This document shows positions 44,051 through 56,820 of a DNA stretch of 64,000 nt, piece by piece. The position numbers and the translations under genes were made by a program. The notes under the pieces were generated by a model that ran no database searches, was not told where the DNA came from, and was given only the letters and a program-made list of their open reading frames with translations. Source of the stretch: the human T2T-CHM13v2.0 reference genome, Homo sapiens; the NCBI RefSeq assembly GCF_009914755.1, contig NC_060931.1, one strand, 5' to 3'. Numbering within the stretch: the stretch's first letter is position 1; every line of letters starts with the position of its first letter.

Positions 44051-45170
44051 AGCTCTTCTACTAGCACCGCAAAATGGAGACAGGGCTTCCTCATTTCCCC
44101 AAGGGAAGGCTGAGAAATAAAGGTCCTTCTCAAGTCAGCCCTGCTTGTCTCATCTTGAGGAAAAAGTGGGGAGGTGGAAGAGATGTCCCAATCACCCCTC
44201 TAAAAGGGTTGGGCCAGGCTCCTTCTAGTGGCCTTCAAAAAATGAAAACAAAAAACTGCCCCTACCGCTGAAATAGGAAACCCGTACGGGCATAAAGGCG
44301 GCTACTGGAGGGTTGACAAAGAAGGAAGAAGAGGGTTTTCCGTGGGAGAGTTAGGGAAAGGTCCTCCTTCTCAAGAATCCCCAACCCACCACAAACAGAG
44401 CTCAAAGCGGCCAGAGGCAGGCTGCCTCCTCCGCCTCCAGGCAGGCCTCCAGGGGCTTGGACGGTGGTGCCCCTGCTCCCCAAGGGGCACTGCTGCTTCT
44501 GCAGGAGCAGTGTTGGGGAGCACTGAGGCAGGCCAGGGATGAGGGGATGTCCTTGGATGGTGAAGGCGGAGGAGGAGCCCGCGCAGTATCAGGAGCGCCA
44601 CCCCGTCCAGGCCTGCCATTCCTGCACCCTTGGGTGTGCATGGCTGTCAGGAGGCAGTGTCCCCAGGGCTGTGTGTACGTCAGCCTGGGCCACATTTGCC
44701 ATGGCAGAGGTGATAGGCACCTTGGCCTGGGGTGGGCAATCCTCAGTGGAGCACCCTGCCACCTCGGCGGGGGACGCAAACTTGTGGGTGAGCTTCTGGC
44801 CGCTCCCTTTGCGGATGATGTTCTTGTCATAACAGCTCCGCGAGGCCCTGCTGAGCTGGTTGGAATTCGTGTCAGTCTTGTTCTTGCGCGGCCCCCTCTG
44901 CATCCACCGGCTTGAACTCACCACCATCCCGGAGGTCCAGGAGATAACCTGGCCACTGCCTGGCTCAGCAGCTGCAGCAGAAACTGCCAGAGTCACAGAT
45001 GGGGCCCCCGCTGGGGGGCGCTCATGCCGTCCCGGGTGCTAGCGCGCTGCGTGGTGGGCGTTGGCAATGTCCGCAGTTCCGGGGGACCGGCGCTCCATGC
45101 AGGGCCCCACCAACCCCAGGCCCTGGTTCCCAGGCGGCGGTGGCGGCAGCAGCAGCAGTTTTGAAGCCCG
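44048..45170 (-). pseudogene. ELK1P1: Processed pseudogene of ELK1 (ETS transcription factor), probably ELK1P1
   Basis: Minus-strand frames give ISWTS, RKNKT, LSRA.R..YDKNIIRK.SGQK...KF, EVAGCSTEDCPPQ and PLEACLEAEEA, all ELK1-like; no intron at YDK/NIIRK; frameshifts and lost ATG; flanked by ELK1 5' and 3' UTR-like sequence. The symbol is inferred from the absence of IGH context. Confidence 0.9.
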
Positions 45171-45253
45171 AGTATTTATTTTGTGTTTATTAAGTTTTAA
45201 GCGTTCTTTTAATATCCTGAATAGAAGTTCTTTATAAGATAGATGATTTACAA

Positions 45254-45348
45254 ATAATTTTGTTCAGCCTGTGGTTTATTCAAATGGTTTAATAAACTGC
45301 TCCAATTTATCAAACCATTTGAATAAACCACAGACTGAACAAAATTAT
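45254..45348. repeat. Inverted repeat: 43-bp arms, 2 mismatches, 9-nt loop
   Basis: 45254-45296 is the reverse complement of 45306-45348. Confidence 0.95.
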
Positions 45349-46504
45349 CTGTGGTTCATTTACTTAATGGTGTCTTTTGAAATAAAAAGTTTTGAATTTT
45401 GATGAAGTCCAATCGATCCATTATTTTCTTTTATAAATCATGCTTGTGACATATCTAAGTCCTCTCTGCCTAACCCAAGGTCATGAAGATTTTCCTGTTT
45501 TGTGTCAAAAGTTTTACGGGCTTAGCTCTTATACTTAAGTCTATGATACATTTTGAGTTACTTTATTCGTATGACGTTAAGTAGGAGTTTAGATTTTTAT
45601 CTTTTTGCATGTGGATATTCAATTTCTCCAGTATCATTTGTTGCAAATTCCTTTCTCCACTGAATTGCTCTGACAACTTTGTTGAATGTTAGCTGACCAT
45701 AACTATAAAGGCTCATTATTTTATTCTGTTCTGTAGATTATCTGGACCCTATTGTTCTGTTTCATTGGTTGGCACACTTATCCTTATACAAGCACCACTG
45801 TACTGATGATTTAGATTTATAGTAGGTTTTGAAATCGGGAAGCATAGTCCTCTTTGTTCTTTTTTTTTTTTTTTTCAAGACTGATTTGCTGTTTTGGGGA
45901 ATTAAGTTGTTCATTCTACAGAAAAGCCTCTTGGGGTTTTATAGGGTTTATGTTAAATCTATAGATCAATTTGGGAAGAATTGCCATCTTAATGATATTG
46001 TGCCTTTTAATCCATGAACATAGAGCATTTCCTCTTTTATTTTGATCTTCCTTAATTTCTCTCAGAAATATTTACAGTCTTATACTTTCTTTTACATTTT
46101 TATCCCTAAGTATTTAATGTTTTTGATGATTTTGTGAATAGAAATTTAATTTCATTTATATTCTTTATTGCTAGTATATAAAAATGCAATTGAATTTTAT
46201 ATAGCAATCTTGTATCACGCAACCTTGCTGAACTTGTTCATTAGGTCTTATAGGGATTTCTTTGTGGGGTGTGGATTACTTAGGATTTACACATATGGGA
46301 CCATGTCATCTGTGCATAAAGACAGTTTTTCTTTTTTCTTTTTCAATTTGGATGCTTTTTATTCCTTCTTCTTGCCTTAATGCACTGGCTAGAACTTCCT
46401 ATACAATGTTGAATAAAAGTGGTGTGATTGGATGTTGTTGCCATTTCCTGATGTTAGGGAGAAAACATTTGCTCCTTGATTTGTAAGCATGGTATTAGTG
46501 AAGG

Positions 46505-46623
46505 ATTTTTTTTTTTAAATTTTACTTTAAGTTCTGGGATACATGTGCAGAATGTGCAGGTTTGTTACATAGGTATACATGAGCCATGGTGGTTTGCTGC
46601 ACCTATCAACCCATCATCTAGGT
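46505..46623 (-). mobile_element. Truncated L1PA7/8-like 3' end
   Basis: Poly-T then ttttactttaagttctgggatacatgtgcagaatgtgcaggtttgttacatagg. Confidence 0.85.
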
Positions 46624-46939
46624 AGCGATGGACTTTTCATAAATGTCCTTGATCAAGCTGAGGAAGTTCCCTTCCATTGCTAGTTTGTCTAAAGTTTGTA
46701 TTTTAGGTGGGTGTTGCATTTTGTCAGATGCTTTCTCTGCATCATGGGTTCCCCCGCTTTATTCTATTTATTTTCTGTATTAATTGATTTTTAATTATTA
46801 AACCAACTTTGAATTCCTGAAGCAAAGCCCACCCAATGATGAATATAATCCTTTTTATATGTTTCTGGATTTGGTTTGTTAACATTTTGTTGAGGACTTT
46901 TGTGTCCATATTAATGAGGAATGTTAGTTTATAATTGTC

Positions 46940-47421
46940 TGTGGGGGGTCTGTCCTGCAGACCCCAGGTTGCACGACAGATGAATAATGTACCCAGACAC
47001 CGCTATTCAGTGAGAAAGCAGCTAGGAGTCTGAGTCACTCACAGTCACCAAGGAAGATGCTGTAAAGAGTCAGCAGCCAATGCCCTGACTAGCTGGCCCT
47101 GTGGGCATTTATTTAGCACAGATTTAATGACAAAGGCTTTGAGTCAACACACCTGTGGATAATTAATCTGGTCGCCCCCACCCTGGGAGAGCTATCTTGC
47201 CGGTGAGTGATCAAAGGTTAGTTTTAGGACCACATGAGTAAACAAGCTCTTTAGATAAACTCCTCTACATTCCTATGTATCTATGCCCTAAGCTATTAAG
47301 TGGATTTGCTGCCTTCAGCCAAACACTTTATGTAAACCTCCAGGCCTTCCAAGAGGGTTTGTATTTATATCCTTTAACTTCATCTTAAATTTTTTCCTAC
47401 CAGCCTGACTGAACTCCCACA
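46940..47421 (-). mobile_element. LTR22-family solo LTR (HERV-K HML-5)
   Basis: TG...CA ends (tgtggggggtctgtcctgcagaccc ... cagcctgactgaactcccaca); TSD attgtc/gttgtc. Confidence 0.85.
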
Positions 47422-47659
47422 GTTGTCTTTTCTTATGATGTCTCACAGATTGGCCTCATAGAATGAGCTGGGAGCTACTTTCTCCTCCTCTACTTCCTGG
47501 AAAAGTTTGTAAAGAATTGGTATTATTTATTTTCTAAATGTTTGGTTGAATTCAACAATGAGGCCATCTGGGCCTGGGCTTTTCTTGTGGGAATATCTTG
47601 AATTATTAATGTAATGTTTTCATCTGTTATATTACATTCCCCAGTTCCTTTCTAGTATC

Positions 47660-47910
47660 TTTCTGATTAGGGTGGACTATAAGGGATATTCCCTTGTGAA
47701 AGCTGGAGGAGGTAAGAGAGGAAGCAGCCATTTGTACACCTTCTCCCAATTATTCAATTGAACACTAATCCGGCTGCTGCTGTGAAGGAATTTTGCAGAT
47801 GTAATTAAAGTCAGCTGACATTAGTTAATCAAAAGGTAGACTATTCTGGGTGGATCTGATTTAAGTAGTTGCAAGCCCTTAATAGGAGGACCTAAGTCTT
47901 CCCTGAGTTT
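47660..47910 (+). mobile_element. ERVL LTR fragments (MLT2F-like)
   Basis: cccaattattcaattgaacactaatc...gctgtgaaggaattttgcagatgtaattaaagtc. Confidence 0.55.
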
Positions 47911-48374
47911 AGAAACTCCAAGCAGCAGTGTGGAAGGGAAGTTGTAGACCTTTCTACATACTGGGGCCTCCATAGTCTTGTTGTTGTTGTTCATTTGCTT
48001 ATTTACCTCACTGGTGTGAAGCAGCAGATGGTTCTGCAATTGCTCCCAAGTTGTTTTATGGCCTACCACATGGTGTTTTCTGCAGACTGCTCTGTGTGTG
48101 CTTGAGAAGAAGTTCCTTGACAGGGTTGCACCAATCTCCTGTATCCTTGGTTTTCTGTCTAGTTGTCCTGTCCATTATTGAGAGTGAGGTATTGAAGTCT
48201 CTAAATATTATTGTTGAATTATTTATTTTTTCCCTTGAGTTCCGTTGGGGTTTACTTTTTCATATTTTGGGGTTCTGTTAAATGCATATATGTTTATAAT
48301 TATTATACCTTCCTGATGAATTCACTCTTTCACCATTGTAAAATGACCCTTTATTTCTCATAAAAAGTTTCATC

Positions 48375-48663
<289 letters not shown>

Positions 48664-48799
48664 AATTATTTCACCTTAAGGCCTATTTTGTCTGATATTT
48701 CTATAGTCATGTCAGCCGTCTTATTGTAGTGACTTCCTATATGTTGCCCCGGCATTCATTTTGAATATAAGTTGGACTTCTTTTTGGCAAAAAGTAACT

Positions 48800-49580
48800 C
48801 TTGACATATTTTCCATTTCTCTACCTCCTCCCAGTTTCTCAAGGTGATCAATCCAGACCTCTGCCGTATGTAACCACCTCCTGGTGACCACCTCCCTGTG
48901 GGACAGCTGGATACAACCTACTTGACTCACCCTGATGACTCCCACACCGCGTATGGACTGTGCAGATATGTCACAATGACCACCTCTCAGTCGCAGTGTG
49001 ACTCCATGGAGCTGGTGCTTGCTTTCTCTAAACTCAATTAGGACTCACCTTGGGAAACCTGCCTTGGTAATGTCCTGGACCCCAAAGCCTCTGCCCACAA
49101 GTCCCTCTCTCTTGCTCCTCACCCAGAGGTTGAGTGTGTGTTTCCTGGATGACTGTCTTCTTCCCATCAGTCCTGGTGATGTGTCCTGCCCTTTTCTCTC
49201 TAGATTTGTAAGTAATAAACTGCTTCTGTTATTTTGTGTGTTTTGATGAATTGCCCAAATATAACTTCTTCTCTGGTCAAGGCTTTCCTGGAGAGTGGCT
49301 ATCTTGGTAGTAATTAACTGGACACAGGTAAGACAAGAGCCACAAGCCTGCCAGCATAAACAAGTTTCCTGTGGGAGAGATACCTGGTCTTGGATCCAAT
49401 ACTTAGGCATTAGACCATTCACCAGGACAAAGAAGTATCCCACGGGAGTCATGGCCCACCATGGCTTCCTCTTCTTGCTCCATGTCTAAAGATTCTATAA
49501 TATGACCACTCTTTAGGGTCTATCTGCCATCTCTGGAGACTGTGGATGAATGCTCCCTTAACAAGGGGACACAGTCCTCT
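48800..49580 (+). mobile_element. MER74/MER54-family ERVL LTR
   Basis: gagagtggctatcttggtag...aactggacacagg...agacaagagccacaag...aaacaagtttcctgtg; aataaa signal. Confidence 0.65.
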
Positions 49581-49887
49581 CCTCTGCCACTTCATCTGAA
49601 GTGTGTGCATACTTTCCCAATTTTCCCCAGAACAACTGTGGCTCTTACCAAAGCTTTAGGGAAAACTGGGGTTAATTGAGAATATGTTGTATGAGTTAGG
49701 GTCCTAAATGAGATGAGGCCCTAGTTGCAAGGAACAGAAACTGACTCTGATTCAATCAGACAAGGATTCATTGAAAGGATATTTGGCAGATTGGGAAATA
49801 AACAGAAGCAAAGGGAGGGCAGGAACCTGAACCACAGGCAAAACAACACTGCCACCAACACATCAAAATCTCCTTTTTCCCAGCTTG

Positions 49888-50078
49888 CTCTTTCTTTCTT
49901 TCCTTCCTTCTCTCTCTCTTTTCTTTCTTTCTTTCCTTCCTTCTCTCTTTTCTTTCTTTCTTTCTTTTCTTTCTTTCTTTTTCTTTCTTCTTTCTTTTCC
50001 TTCCTTCCTTCCTTCCTTCCTTCCTTCCTTCCTTCCTTTTCTCTTTCTTTCTTTCTTTCTTTCTTTCCTTTCTTTCTT
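49888..50078. repeat. 191-nt pure polypyrimidine (TTTC/TTCC)n tract, expanded Alu tail
   Basis: No purines across the interval; abuts an antisense Alu. Confidence 0.95.
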
Positions 50079-50393
<315 letters not shown>

Positions 50394-50654
50394 TAGGTCA
50401 TGGACCTGGTCAACAGCTGCCAGAGGCTTGGCTTTGGGGCTACTGTAGTGGGCACAGTTGTAGCCCTCAGGCTAAGCCTGGAATCCAGAGTTTTTCATTA
50501 GAACAGGGTGTGTCTTATGCATCTTGCATCCCTGAATGCTCAACACAGTGGCTGCCCCAGAGCATGTGCTCAGTCTACAGTTATTGAAATGGATCGACAG
50601 AAATTAATCTTCTGAGATAACAGTCGACATGCCAATGGGATTGGGAACATCTAT

Positions 50655-50785
50655 GCTTCCTCATAGATGTTCAGTGCCTATTGCCCTGGAATCATACAGA
50701 CCCTGTCACAAGTTAAGTTCACCTTAAGTACCCTATAGATCACAACTTCAGCATTGTGAAATGCTAAGGTTTCTTTTTGAGATGT
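50655..50785 (+). mobile_element. Isolated internal fragment of an LTR26-like LTR
   Basis: Homologous to 55625-55760 in this window. Confidence 0.7.
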
Positions 50786-51881
50786 GCTACCTTTACAGAA
50801 AGGAGGGCAGAGTCTTTTGTCATCATCTCATTCTAGTGCATGTACCAGTCTCAATCTTGGCTTCTACACCTTGGTATTGCCTCTGAGCCCCACCCTATTC
50901 ATGTCATCCCTTCATAGTTTTTGTATCATTCCAACACAAACTCAAGGAGAACCCTTTCTCTGAGGCAGGGGTTTTTCCTTTCCTTGTAACAATCAGTGCT
51001 AAGGAGGAGGGACCCTACCTTCTGTACACATAGTGGCAGCAGGCAGAGCCCCCAGAGGCCTCTGACAGGTGGAAAGCCTACCCCCACCCACAAGGCTGAG
51101 TCCTGTGGCTCCTCAGAGCTCATACAGTGGTTGCTCAGGGAAGGTCTCATGAAAGGACAAGTCAAGATACATCTAGATGAATGGGTTTGCAGGAATTCAG
51201 AAGTCCAGGAAGCTGTCCGTGGAACTGCTTAAAAGTAGCTTCGAGGAAGACTCTCATCTCTTCCTGTGAAAAATAGCTTTAGATGAACAATTCCAGGGGA
51301 TCTGTGACTTCTGCTCTCCAGCAATTTAAACAGTACCTTCAGATTCCTGCTACTAAAATAGAGCCCAGTGTTGGTCTTAGAAGCAAGTCTCTGGGGGTTT
51401 CTGTGGGTCGGTAAGCCTTCTTGCTGCTCTGAGGCCATGGGTGACTCTCACAATCTCAGCCCCACAAGATTATGATAGCAACTCCCTTTCCTTTACTGTT
51501 TCTTCTGAGGTTGGAGTAACCTGCCAAGAACCAGGTGATGTTCACGTTACCACTCATCCCTAAGGCACCTGGCAAGGCAGGGATTATTATCCCTATTTTA
51601 AAGGTGAGGAGGCCAAAGTTGGGGTCATGACAGGAAGAAGGGCCTCTGAACCTCTGATACCTTCACAGTGGTTGGGCTTTCCTGGACAAGATAAACAGTG
51701 CCAACTAGTCAATTGTTAGTATTTATTTTTTATTCGTGCCTTCATTCACTCATCTCAAGTTCATGAGATGAACACCAAGCCTTATGCTGGAAGCAGGGAG
51801 GAAAACATGACAAAAAACTTGTCCCCATGTGGTTAAGCATGTAGAGGAAGCAGTCCCATGAATGAGTAATGGAGGGCACAG

Positions 51882-53767
51882 TGATGACGGCAGCGGTGGC
51901 CCGTCTGGAGCAGCCACTGCGAAGATGCTGGCTGCAGTGGGGAAGGTGCGGCCAGGGCTGTGTGCTCCATGGAGCCGGGGGGAGCCAGGAACAGGTCGGA
52001 GCCCCGCCTCCTTCCAAGTTGGCGGGTTGGGAGCCCCGCCCTCCCGGGAGCAACTGCAGCTACCCAGCCCAGGCTGGGGACCTGGGCATCCCTGTACTCT
52101 TGGGGGGCCCAGGAAGCACCCCCTCCCCCTGCAGGCTCAGAAGTACCTGCTCCCACTGCCTGGCCTCTCCTCACTCCCGGTTCCCGCTCTGATTTTGGAG
52201 CGAAGTTGAGGCCGAGCCTGGGCACTGTTGTGATCCTGCCAGGTGTACGCGTACTTGGGGTGGTGCTGAGACGCCAGCCCCCTGCTGCCTTGGCCTCCTC
52301 CAGACTTTGGGCGCTGACAAGCATGGGAGAAAGGCCGAGAGGAACTGAAGGAGGCTCCTCACCGGCCTGTAGGTGCCCCTCAGAACGAACAGCCTGGGTA
52401 CCATGGACGACAGGATTGATGGCGGTAGGAGTCAGACAGGCTCCTGGGTAGAAAGGAGTGGGTTTCGGCCGGGCGCGGTGGCCCACGCCTGTAATCCCAG
52501 CACTTTGGGAGGCCGAGGCGGGCGGATCACAAGGTCAGGAGATCGACACCATCCTGGTTAACATGGTGAGCCCCGTCTCTACTAAAAATACAAAAAATTA
52601 GCTGGGTGTGGTGGCGGGCACCTGTAGTCCCAGCTACTCAGGGGGCTGAGGCAGGAGAATGGCGTGAATCTCTCGCGCCACTGCACTCTAGCCTGGGCGA
52701 CAGAGCGAAACTCCTTCTCAAAAAAAAAAAAAAAAGAAAAAAAAAAGAAAAGAGTGGGTTTCCGGTGAAGCCCCACCTTCAGGCCAGGGATGGCCTGAAG
52801 CATGGGAGCTGGGATGTTAGTTCCCCATGGAGTCTGTGGCCCAGAGTGAGAACTTACGGTGCTTTTTCCAGGTCCGCCCATGGCCACCCATAGACTGATC
52901 AGCACACACTTCCTCCCTTCTGAGGCCCATAAACCTCCCCCACCACCCCCCGACCCCAACCAGCCAGATACACAGAGATGTTGGGATGACCTGCTTGTGG
53001 ATAGGAGCTACCTATCTCTGGTTTTCCTCTTTGCTGAGGGCTACAGACATTGGGATGACCTGCCTGCGGAAAGGTTACCTACTTTGGGTGTCCTGAGAGC
53101 CGTTATGTTGCTCAATGAAGCTCCTTTCTGCCTTGCTCACCTTCCAGTTGTCTGTGTACCTCATTCTTCCTGGATCCGGGCCAAGAACTTGGGACCCACC
53201 AAATGGCAGGACTGAAAGAGCTGTAACACAAACAGGACTGAATACCCCCCTCCCTCACTCTGCCACCTCAGCACATTCAGGTGATAAGAAGGAGAGAAGA
53301 GCTGCGGCCTTTCAGGGAGCCTAGACCTAGGGCCTCCCTGAGCCAGGGCTGTGACATCCTCTTTGGGGCTCTGTGGTTCCTGGTGGCTCCAAGCTTCCAG
53401 GTACCACTGCGTTCCCCTCATCCAGATAGGGGTGCCTGCAGCAGAAGCTGTGTGCAGTACATCTGGTCCTGCCACAGCCTTACGTGGAGCCAGTACCTGT
53501 GCTGGCTCTTGGAGCTGCTTGCCCTCCTACAGCAGCCGGCATGCCTGTGGCTTGACCCAGCACTTGCTTGCCCACACACCCCTCACCACTCTGCCTGGCT
53601 CACCCTTGGCAGGTGTGCGATCCAGGCCAGTAGCTCCAGCCGAGTGCAGCCTGCTGGGCTGAGTGGGAGGAACAGGCACAGCAGGTGTGAGCAATACTCA
53701 GGCAGAAGGTGCTGCCGGCCACAGAGGTTTCTGGCTGGCGAAGCAACACCCCAAGAATCCCATGACA
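51882..53767 (+). mobile_element. MER52-family (ERV1) GC-rich solo LTR with AluY insertion
   Basis: tgatgacggcagcggtggcccgtctggagcagcc start and ...gaatcccatgaca end; flanks acag/atgg. Confidence 0.85.
52467..52745 (+). mobile_element. AluY with ~30-bp deletion in the right arm
   Basis: gagatcga.accatcctgg and gaatggcgtgaa diagnostics; 17-bp TSD agaaa(g/a)gagtgggtttc. Confidence 0.92.
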
Positions 53768-55505
53768 ATGGGACCCGTGGAAGGGATAAAGCATGACTCT
53801 GCTGGGGACTCCAGGCTCTGCAGAAGAGTAAAATTTCATCAGAACAAAGGTGAGTGGAATAGCAATGCTGGCAGCAAGAACAGCAGAAGCCAAGGTGGCA
53901 GGACTTAAGAACAAGACACATTCAGGAAATGGCAAGATCCCCAAGTGGTCATCATATGGAGCTCAGTGCAGGAGGATGGTGGAGGGGGGCCACCAAATCA
54001 TTCAACCCTGGGTCCTGAGCATGGCCTCCAGCTGGGCAGATCAAGGCAGGAGGGAGACTTAGGGGCTATCAACCCCAAGCACTTCACTCTATAGATAAGC
54101 CATCTGTGTAACCTGGGGTGGCAGTAGACATGCGAAGCCAGACCCTGGGGCAAGCCCAGATTTACTCCTGGTCCTGATACCCTGATCTCACTGCTGAGGA
54201 CCAGGGCCCTGAGCGTCACATGGTCATGGGCAAGAATAGGTGTGGCTTAACAGCAGAAAATTCCATGAACCATAGGCTTATGTGTGGTCCCCCCATAGAG
54301 GAAGTTGCTGAGCAGGCCAAATAGAACCTGGATTGCAACAATAGAGAAGAGTATGTTGAACAAGGTAGGAGACCCTGGCTTGGTCTATGTGGACGCGCTG
54401 GAGAGCACATGGAGGAAAATGGCCAGGCTGCTTCTGCGGCCAGTGGCAATGGAGTGTGGAACCAGCCACACCTCTGGCATTTCAGACCCGGGAGGACATG
54501 GGGTTCCCACTAAAGGAGCTGGCAGGAAAGTGAGAGAGAGAGCTGCCTAAAATCAGAGTTTTCTTCTCACACTTACCATCCCCGAGTCTACAGAAGCATC
54601 GTGATGTAGCTCAGGACTCACTCAAAATTTAATTTCTCAAGATACCTCTCTGGCCAGCACAGATTCTGTAATTATAATTTTATTTTTTTAATGGCTTGTT
54701 TATTTCAGGAGACACATTCCAAAGCGCTACACTGTTGTGGGCTGGTTTCTTTAGACACTTATTTTCAAGTCTGTGAGACCTCTGTTACACAGCATCTGTA
54801 CAACATCTGTGCTTTCCTGTGCCCCTTTTCCAGTTATGGAAGTTAGCATGGCTGTGTTACTGGAAATGATTCCCAATTGGACACAGCCATGCACAGGGTA
54901 GATACCACTTGACCCAAAATAATTTTCTCTCTTGCCATGTTGGATTTCCAAACAGGCCAATCCTCACTGTGAAATCCAAGTAGGGGAAAACCAAGCACTG
55001 CATTCAAAGAAAGAAATTATTGTTGGCAGGATATTTACTTTCATTAGGATAACTCCTTATCATTTTAACCAGTTGGATAATCATCTCAGCTTAACAGATG
55101 TAATTTAAAGAATTAGCTGTGTATTGCAGGGTGGAGGAAGAGGTGTCTGGTGTCTGGAGACAAAATTAAAGCTAACGGATCACCCCAAGAGTCTATGTTA
55201 GCAGACTCAAAAACATAATTCTGATCTCCCAGTGTCTGCTGATCTCCCAGTGTCTGGTAGCAAGCCATGCTTTTTATTGCATGTATTTAAAAATTCATTC
55301 AAGTATGGAAAAAATTATGATCAGAGAGCTATGAGAAAGACTCCTATGTAACTCAATTTGGAGGGTTCTTCACATGCTGTGGGACATAATGAAAGAGTAA
55401 TAAAGTTGTTAGATTATGAATCAATTTGTCTCAGTCCCATTTCCAGGACCATGAAGTTCAGAAGCACACAACCTACTGAACCACCATCACTGCCCTCTGC
55501 ACTAC

Positions 55506-56407
<902 letters not shown>

Positions 56408-56419
56408 CTGTCATTATCA

Positions 56420-56820
56420 ATGTCTTAGATTCTTCTTAACTTACTAACCTCAAAAAGGTGGAGGTCCCCAGAACCCAGTCCTCAGGCCTCTTCTCTTTTC
56501 TTTCCATATTCACCTTCCAGGTGATCTCATACTATCCAATGGCTTTGAACACTATCAGCTGCAATGATGACACTCATCTATACCACTTACCTGAACTCCT
56601 TCCCAACTTCAGACTCCACTCTTCCATCTCCACTTGGAACCCTGAGACACACTGCACATGTAAGTGTTCACACTTAATCTCTGAATTTTAGCTGTCTCCA
56701 CACCTCCTTCCTATGCCCCCTACCCCCTCACAGCCATTCTTGTCTCAGTAAATGGCAGCCTGAAATTGAACTCCGTAACCAGCTGCAGACACTAAAACCT
56801 GGCATCATCTTTTATACCTA
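56420..56820 (+). mobile_element. L2 fragment (appears to continue at ~57810-57930)
   Basis: cagtcctcaggcctcttctcttttc...gtgatctcat...atggctttgaacac...tgatgacactca...ctcagtaaatggca. Confidence 0.7.

Noticed and set aside
44589-44996. 135-aa ORF containing ETS-like residues as a functional retrogene
   Set aside because: No ATG start, the N-terminal ETS half is frameshifted, EVARLW is deleted, and conserved Y/L residues of the recognition region are substituted.
51742-53944. Cluster of long overlapping ORFs
   Set aside because: Explained by the GC-rich MER52 LTR and an Alu, which have few stop codons.
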